DNA from: Opitutia bacterium
GTDB lineage: Bacteria; Verrucomicrobiota; Verrucomicrobiia; Opitutales; T3Sed10-336
DNA length: 32,875 nucleotides
Reading direction: 5' to 3'
Assembly: GCA_050506795.1 (NCBI GenBank)
Contig: JBJHCF010000051.1
Span: 1 to 32,875 of the forward strand
Of the stretch, positions 28,608 through 32,875 are shown piece by piece; the first letter of the stretch is position 1; each line of letters begins with the position of its first letter. The notes under the pieces are model-generated. The model saw only the letters and a list, made by a program, of their open reading frames with translations. It did no database searches and had not been told where the DNA came from. A program made the position numbers and the translations under genes.

Positions 28608-28647
28608 ACACGAATTTCAACCCTACACACACAGAAGGATAACAACC

Positions 28648-28917
28648 ATGAATGAAGCACTAGGAATGGTGGAAACCAAAGGCTATACCGGCAGCGTTGA
28701 AGCCAGTGACGCCATGGTCAAAGCCGCAAACGTCAGCCTCGTGAAAACCGTCCAGATCGGCGGCGGGTTTATCACCGTGCTGGCCCGCGGCGACGTGGGC
28801 AGCGTCAAAGCCGCGGTGGACGCGGGTTCGTCAGCCGCTTCGCGCGTCGGCGAACTGGTCAGTTCTCACGTCATCGCCCGGCCGCACGAAGACCTCCTGA
28901 AGGTCTTCATGAAATAA
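28648..28917 (+). CDS. BMC-H hexameric shell protein
   Basis: [10 protein letters not shown]...[11 protein letters not shown]...IGGG...[13 protein letters not shown]...HVIARPH. Confidence 0.97.
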   Translation: MNEALGMVETKGYTGSVEASDAMVKAANVSLVKTVQIGGGFITVLARGDVGSVKAAVDAGSSAASRVGELVSSHVIARPHEDLLKVFMK

Positions 28918-28940
28918 CCATCGAAACCTCTTTTACGACC

Positions 28941-29219
28941 ATGGCACAAAAAGCATTAGGAATGATCGAAGTGCAGGGGCTTTGCGCTCTGCTCGAAGCC
29001 AGCGACGCCGCTCTCAAAGCCGCCGACGTGGTATTCGTCGGCTGGGAAAAAATCGGCAGCGGCTACGTCACCGCCTTCTTCCGCGGCGATGTCGCCGCCG
29101 TTAAGGCCGCCACCGACGCCGCCGCCTCCGCCGCCGCGCAAATCGGCAAGGTGGTGAGCGTGCAGGTGATCCCGCGTCCGCACCAGGATTTGGCCGGACT
29201 CGGAAGCTGGCTCGGATAA
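28941..29219 (+). CDS. BMC-H hexameric shell protein
   Basis: ALGMIEVQG...DAALKAADV...EKIGSG...[13 protein letters not shown]...VIPRPH. Confidence 0.97.
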   Translation: MAQKALGMIEVQGLCALLEASDAALKAADVVFVGWEKIGSGYVTAFFRGDVAAVKAATDAAASAAAQIGKVVSVQVIPRPHQDLAGLGSWLG

Positions 29220-29230
29220 ATGGATAACCG

Positions 29231-30418
29231 GTGAAGATTCTCGTCGCCAACCTTGGCTCGACGTCGCTCAAGTACCGTCTCTTCGAATTTTACGGAGAGA
29301 AGGCCACCCCTTTGCACAAAGGGGGCTTCGAGCGCGTGACCGACTACGCCGCCGCCATCGACGACTGTCTCGCCGACCTGCGCGACAGCGGCGTGCTATC
29401 GGGCGAAGGCGACCTTGCCGCGGTGGCGTTCAAAACCATCATGGCGAAGGATCTCAGCGGGTGCGTCCGGGTCGACGATAAAGTTCTTCAGGCCATGGAG
29501 GCCTGCAACCGCATCGCCCCGGCCCACAATCCGCCCTACGTCGAGGGCATCCGCGTCTTTTCCGAAAAGATGCCGGGCACGCCCATGATCGCGCTCTTCG
29601 AGACCGCCTTTTACCAGTGGGTCCCGGAGGCCGCCACGCGCTACGCCGTGCCGGAAGCGTGGTACCAACTCGGCGTTCGTCGCAACGGTTTCCACGGCGC
29701 CAGCCACAAGTTCATCGCCGAACGTTCGGCCGAACTGCTGGACCGCGAGGATCTGGCCGAACGCGCCCGCACCCTCTACGCCAGCAAGGAACCACAGGCG
29801 GCGAAAACACCGTCGCTGCGCGTGATTTCCTGCCACCTCGGCGGCAGTTCCTCCGTGACCGGCCTGCGCGACGGCGTGGCCGTCGGCAACAGCTTCGGCA
29901 CCAGCCCGCAATCCGGCCTGCCGCAAAACAACCGCAGCGGCGACCTCGATCCTTTCGCCCTGCTGCATGCGATGCGCGAACTGGGCCTGTCCGTGGAGGA
30001 AACTGAAAACGTCCTCAGCAAGGAATCCGGATTAAAAGCGCTTTCCGGCGGCCACAACGACTTGCGCGACATCAAGGCGGAAGCCGACAAAGGCAACGCC
30101 GCCGCCCGGCGCGCCATCGAGGTGTATGTCACCCAGATCCGTCACTGGATCGGCGCCTTCCACCTCGAACTCAACGGCCTCGATGCGCTCGTCTTCACCG
30201 CCGGCATCGGCGAAAACAACCCGTGGCTGCGCGACAAAGTGTGTCGCGACCTCGACGGCCTGGGCATCGAGCTCGATCCGTCGGCCAATGACAAAGCAGG
30301 TCCGGAGGAAGCGATCATCAGCGCACCGGACAGTCCGGTCAAAGTCATGATCATCCCCACCAACGAAGAACTGGTCGTGGCGCGCGAAGCCTGCCGTCTG
30401 CTGGCCAACGCCGGCTGA
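29231..30418 (+). CDS. Acetate/propionate-family kinase
   Basis: [68 protein letters not shown]. Confidence 0.95.
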   Translation: MKILVANLGSTSLKYRLFEFYGEKATPLHKGGFERVTDYAAAIDDCLADLRDSGVLSGEGDLAAVAFKTIMAKDLSGCVRVDDKVLQAMEACNRIAPAHNPPYVEGIRVFSEKMPGTPMIALFETAFYQWVPEAATRYAVPEAWYQLGVRRNGFHGASHKFIAERSAELLDREDLAERARTLYASKEPQAAKTPSLRVISCHLGGSSSVTGLRDGVAVGNSFGTSPQSGLPQNNRSGDLDPFALLHAMRELGLSVEETENVLSKESGLKALSGGHNDLRDIKAEADKGNAAARRAIEVYVTQIRHWIGAFHLELNGLDALVFTAGIGENNPWLRDKVCRDLDGLGIELDPSANDKAGPEEAIISAPDSPVKVMIIPTNEELVVAREACRLLANAG

Positions 30419-30438
30419 CCACCCAACCCATTTCTCAA

Positions 30439-30789
<351 letters not shown>

Positions 30790-30795
30790 ACCGCC

Positions 30796-31113
30796 ATGTT
30801 TCTGGCCAAAGTGGAAGGAACGGTGGTCTCCACCAAGAAGGACGCGTCCATGAACGGACGGCGGCTGCTCCTGCTTCGCCCCCAACTCGTGGACGACAAG
30901 GATCCTTCGCGCTTCCGGCCGGGACAGAATACCATCGTCGCCGTCGATGTCGTCGGCGCCGGAATCGACGAGATGGTTCTCTTCTCCCAGGGAAGCTCGG
31001 CGCGCCTCGCCAACAATCTGAAAGATTGTCCCGTGGACGCCGTCGTGATCGGGATCGTGGATACGGTCGACGTGCTGGGGAAAAAGATCTTCAGCACCGG
31101 AGGCGGCAAATAG
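30796..31113 (+). CDS. BMC-P pentameric vertex protein (EutN/CcmL family)
   Basis: MFLAKVEGTVVSTKK...VAVDVVGAGIDEMVL...GSSAR...PVDAVVIGIVD. Confidence 0.96.
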   Translation: MFLAKVEGTVVSTKKDASMNGRRLLLLRPQLVDDKDPSRFRPGQNTIVAVDVVGAGIDEMVLFSQGSSARLANNLKDCPVDAVVIGIVDTVDVLGKKIFSTGGGK

Positions 31114-31123
31114 GAGGTAAGCT

Positions 31124-32593
31124 ATGGATGAAAAAGCAATCCAGGACATCGTAACCGAAGTCTTCCGCAAACTTGGCCGGGAACCGATAAACCCGGCGCC
31201 ATCCGCACCGGGATCGTCGCCCGCACCCTCACCGGCTCCCGTTCGCGCCGTCCGCTCCGGCGGGCGCGAGTTCGGGGTTTTCGAAGACGCCCGGGCCGCC
31301 TGCAGGGCCGCCCATGAGGCCTTTCTGCAACTGAGGGAAAAGGGCCTGGAGGGTCGTCGCAAGGTCATCGAAATCGTCAAGGGCATGGCCGAAGCCAACG
31401 CCGAGGCCTGGGGACGCGACGAATTGGAGGAGACCAAGATCGGACGGCTCGATCACAAGATCGAAAAGCTGCAAATCCTTAAGCTGGTTCCCGGGGTGGA
31501 GTTTCTCCACCCGTTCGGCATGAGCGGCGATCACGGCATCACCATGGAGGAGTACACGCCCTTCGGCGTGGTCGGTTCGGTTACTCCTGCAACCCACTCG
31601 GTGCCGACCATGAGCGGCAACGTGATCAACATGGTCGCCGCCGGCAACGCCTGCGTCTTCAATCCGCATCCCAGCGCCGCGCGCTGCGCCGCCGCCGCCG
31701 CGCGCGCCTACAACGAAGCCATCCACCGCGAGTTGGGCATCGCCAACCTGATCTGCGTCATCGCCAAACCGACGCTGGAATCATTCGACGCCATCTGCGC
31801 CGACGAACACGTTCGCCTGCTCTGCATCACCGGCGGCCCGGTGGTGGTCCAGGCCGCCATGAAAACCGGGAAACGCGCCATTTGCGCCGGTCCCGGCAAC
31901 CCCCCGGTGGTGGTCACCTGCTGCGCCGATATGCGCAAAGCGGCGGAGAGTGTGGTCCAGGGAGCGTCCTACGACAACAACCTGCTCTGTATCGGCGAAA
32001 AGGAGGTGTTCGTCATCGACCGCGCCGCCGAAGAATTCATCGCCAACCTGGAGCGCGCCGGCGCCGTGCGCCTGCACTCCGGACAGATCGAAGCCCTGAA
32101 GAAGGAGGCCTTTGTCTGGCACAACAACAACGGCAGCTCGCACGCCGCGGTCAACAAGGACCTCGTCGGCCGGGACGCCCCCGTACTGGCCAAACGCGCC
32201 GGGCTCAATGTTCCGGAAAAGACCCCGCTGCTCTTCGGCGAAACCGCCGCGGACGATCTCTTTGTGGAGGAGGAGCAAATGATGCCCTTCCTGCCCGTGA
32301 TCCGGGTAAAGGACATCAACGAAGCCATCCAACGCGCCAAGGAAGCCGAACACAATTACCGACACACCGCCATCATTCACACCTGTAATGTCAATCACAT
32401 GACGGCCATGGCGCGCGCGCTCGACACCACCCTTTTCGTCAAGAACGGTCCCAGCATGGCCGGGCTCGGCCTGGGGGGCGAGGGCTACCTCAGTTATTCC
32501 ATCGCCACCCCCACCGGGGAAGGCGTCACCAGCCCGAAAACCTTCACCCGCACCCGCCGGTGCGTTATGGTGGACAACCTGAAAATCTACTGA
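31124..32593 (+). CDS. CoA-acylating aldehyde dehydrogenase (EutE/PduP-like) with encapsulation peptide
   Basis: PFGVVGSVTPATH, AAGNA, TGGPVVV, AGPGNPPVVV, SYDNNLLCIGEKE (catalytic Cys), EQMMP, IATPTGEG. N-terminal MDEKAIQDIVTEVFRKLG plus Pro-rich linker. GGAGG RBS. Confidence 0.96.
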   Translation: MDEKAIQDIVTEVFRKLGREPINPAPSAPGSSPAPSPAPVRAVRSGGREFGVFEDARAACRAAHEAFLQLREKGLEGRRKVIEIVKGMAEANAEAWGRDELEETKIGRLDHKIEKLQILKLVPGVEFLHPFGMSGDHGITMEEYTPFGVVGSVTPATHSVPTMSGNVINMVAAGNACVFNPHPSAARCAAAAARAYNEAIHRELGIANLICVIAKPTLESFDAICADEHVRLLCITGGPVVVQAAMKTGKRAICAGPGNPPVVVTCCADMRKAAESVVQGASYDNNLLCIGEKEVFVIDRAAEEFIANLERAGAVRLHSGQIEALKKEAFVWHNNNGSSHAAVNKDLVGRDAPVLAKRAGLNVPEKTPLLFGETAADDLFVEEEQMMPFLPVIRVKDINEAIQRAKEAEHNYRHTAIIHTCNVNHMTAMARALDTTLFVKNGPSMAGLGLGGEGYLSYSIATPTGEGVTSPKTFTRTRRCVMVDNLKIY

Positions 32594-32597
32594 ACGC

Positions 32598-32875
32598 ATG
32601 CAAATCGCCCGCGTCGAAGGCCACGTCACCGCCACCGTCAAACATCCCAGCTTCCAGGGATGGCGCCTGCTGATTTGTCAGCCGGTCGACGGCGCCGCCG
32701 TGCCCTCGGGTTGCCCGGTGGTGGCCATCGACCCCTACGGCGCCGGCCTGCATGAAACCGTCGTCGTTTCCACCGACGGCGCCGCCGCCCGCCGCGCCGT
32801 CAACGACAACCACAGCCCCGTGCGCCACATGATCGTCGCCATCGTCGACCCCCAAACACCCCCCACCCCATCCTC
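32598..32875 (+). CDS. BMC-P pentameric vertex protein (EutN/CcmL family), 3'-truncated by window edge
   Basis: Not in the ORF track. Hand translation: MQIARVEGHVTATVKHPSFQGWRLLICQPVDG...PVVAIDPYGAGLHETVVVSTDGAAAR...SPVRHMIVAIVD. Confidence 0.93.
   Translation, partial: MQIARVEGHVTATVKHPSFQGWRLLICQPVDGAAVPSGCPVVAIDPYGAGLHETVVVSTDGAAARRAVNDNHSPVRHMIVAIVDPQTPPTPS

Overview
High-GC bacterial chromosomal window, probably Verrucomicrobiota/PVC. This is an inference from the PVM-type microcompartment locus and the gene neighbourhood. It has three zones. (1) 1-2850 is an accessory patch: the 3' end of an IS1634-family element, two unrelated small minus-strand genes (DUF4926-like and a SAM methyltransferase) each followed by a copy of the same ~135-bp composite repeat, and a dense mosaic of REP-like hairpins and 9-/7-nt periodic repeats. 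(2) 2854-27000 holds housekeeping and envelope genes: serC, HNH nuclease, purM, Gfo/Idh/MocA oxidoreductase, NfeD-like, FadL-like porin, purU, carB, a degenerate NtrC-type regulator, pilC-like, tRNA-Gly(TCC), rsmE, birA, coaX, and a GldA/GldF/GldG-like ABC system with a DUF4340-like and an AsmA-like gene. (3) 27028-end is a DeoR regulator divergent from a PVM-type bacterial microcompartment operon (PduL-like, 3 BMC-H, acetate kinase-like, 2 BMC-P, aldehyde dehydrogenase), cut by the window edge. The best candidates for something undescribed are the repeat-punctuated cassette-like patch and the Gld-ABC/DUF4340/AsmA run. All family calls are by eye from motifs; no database search was run.
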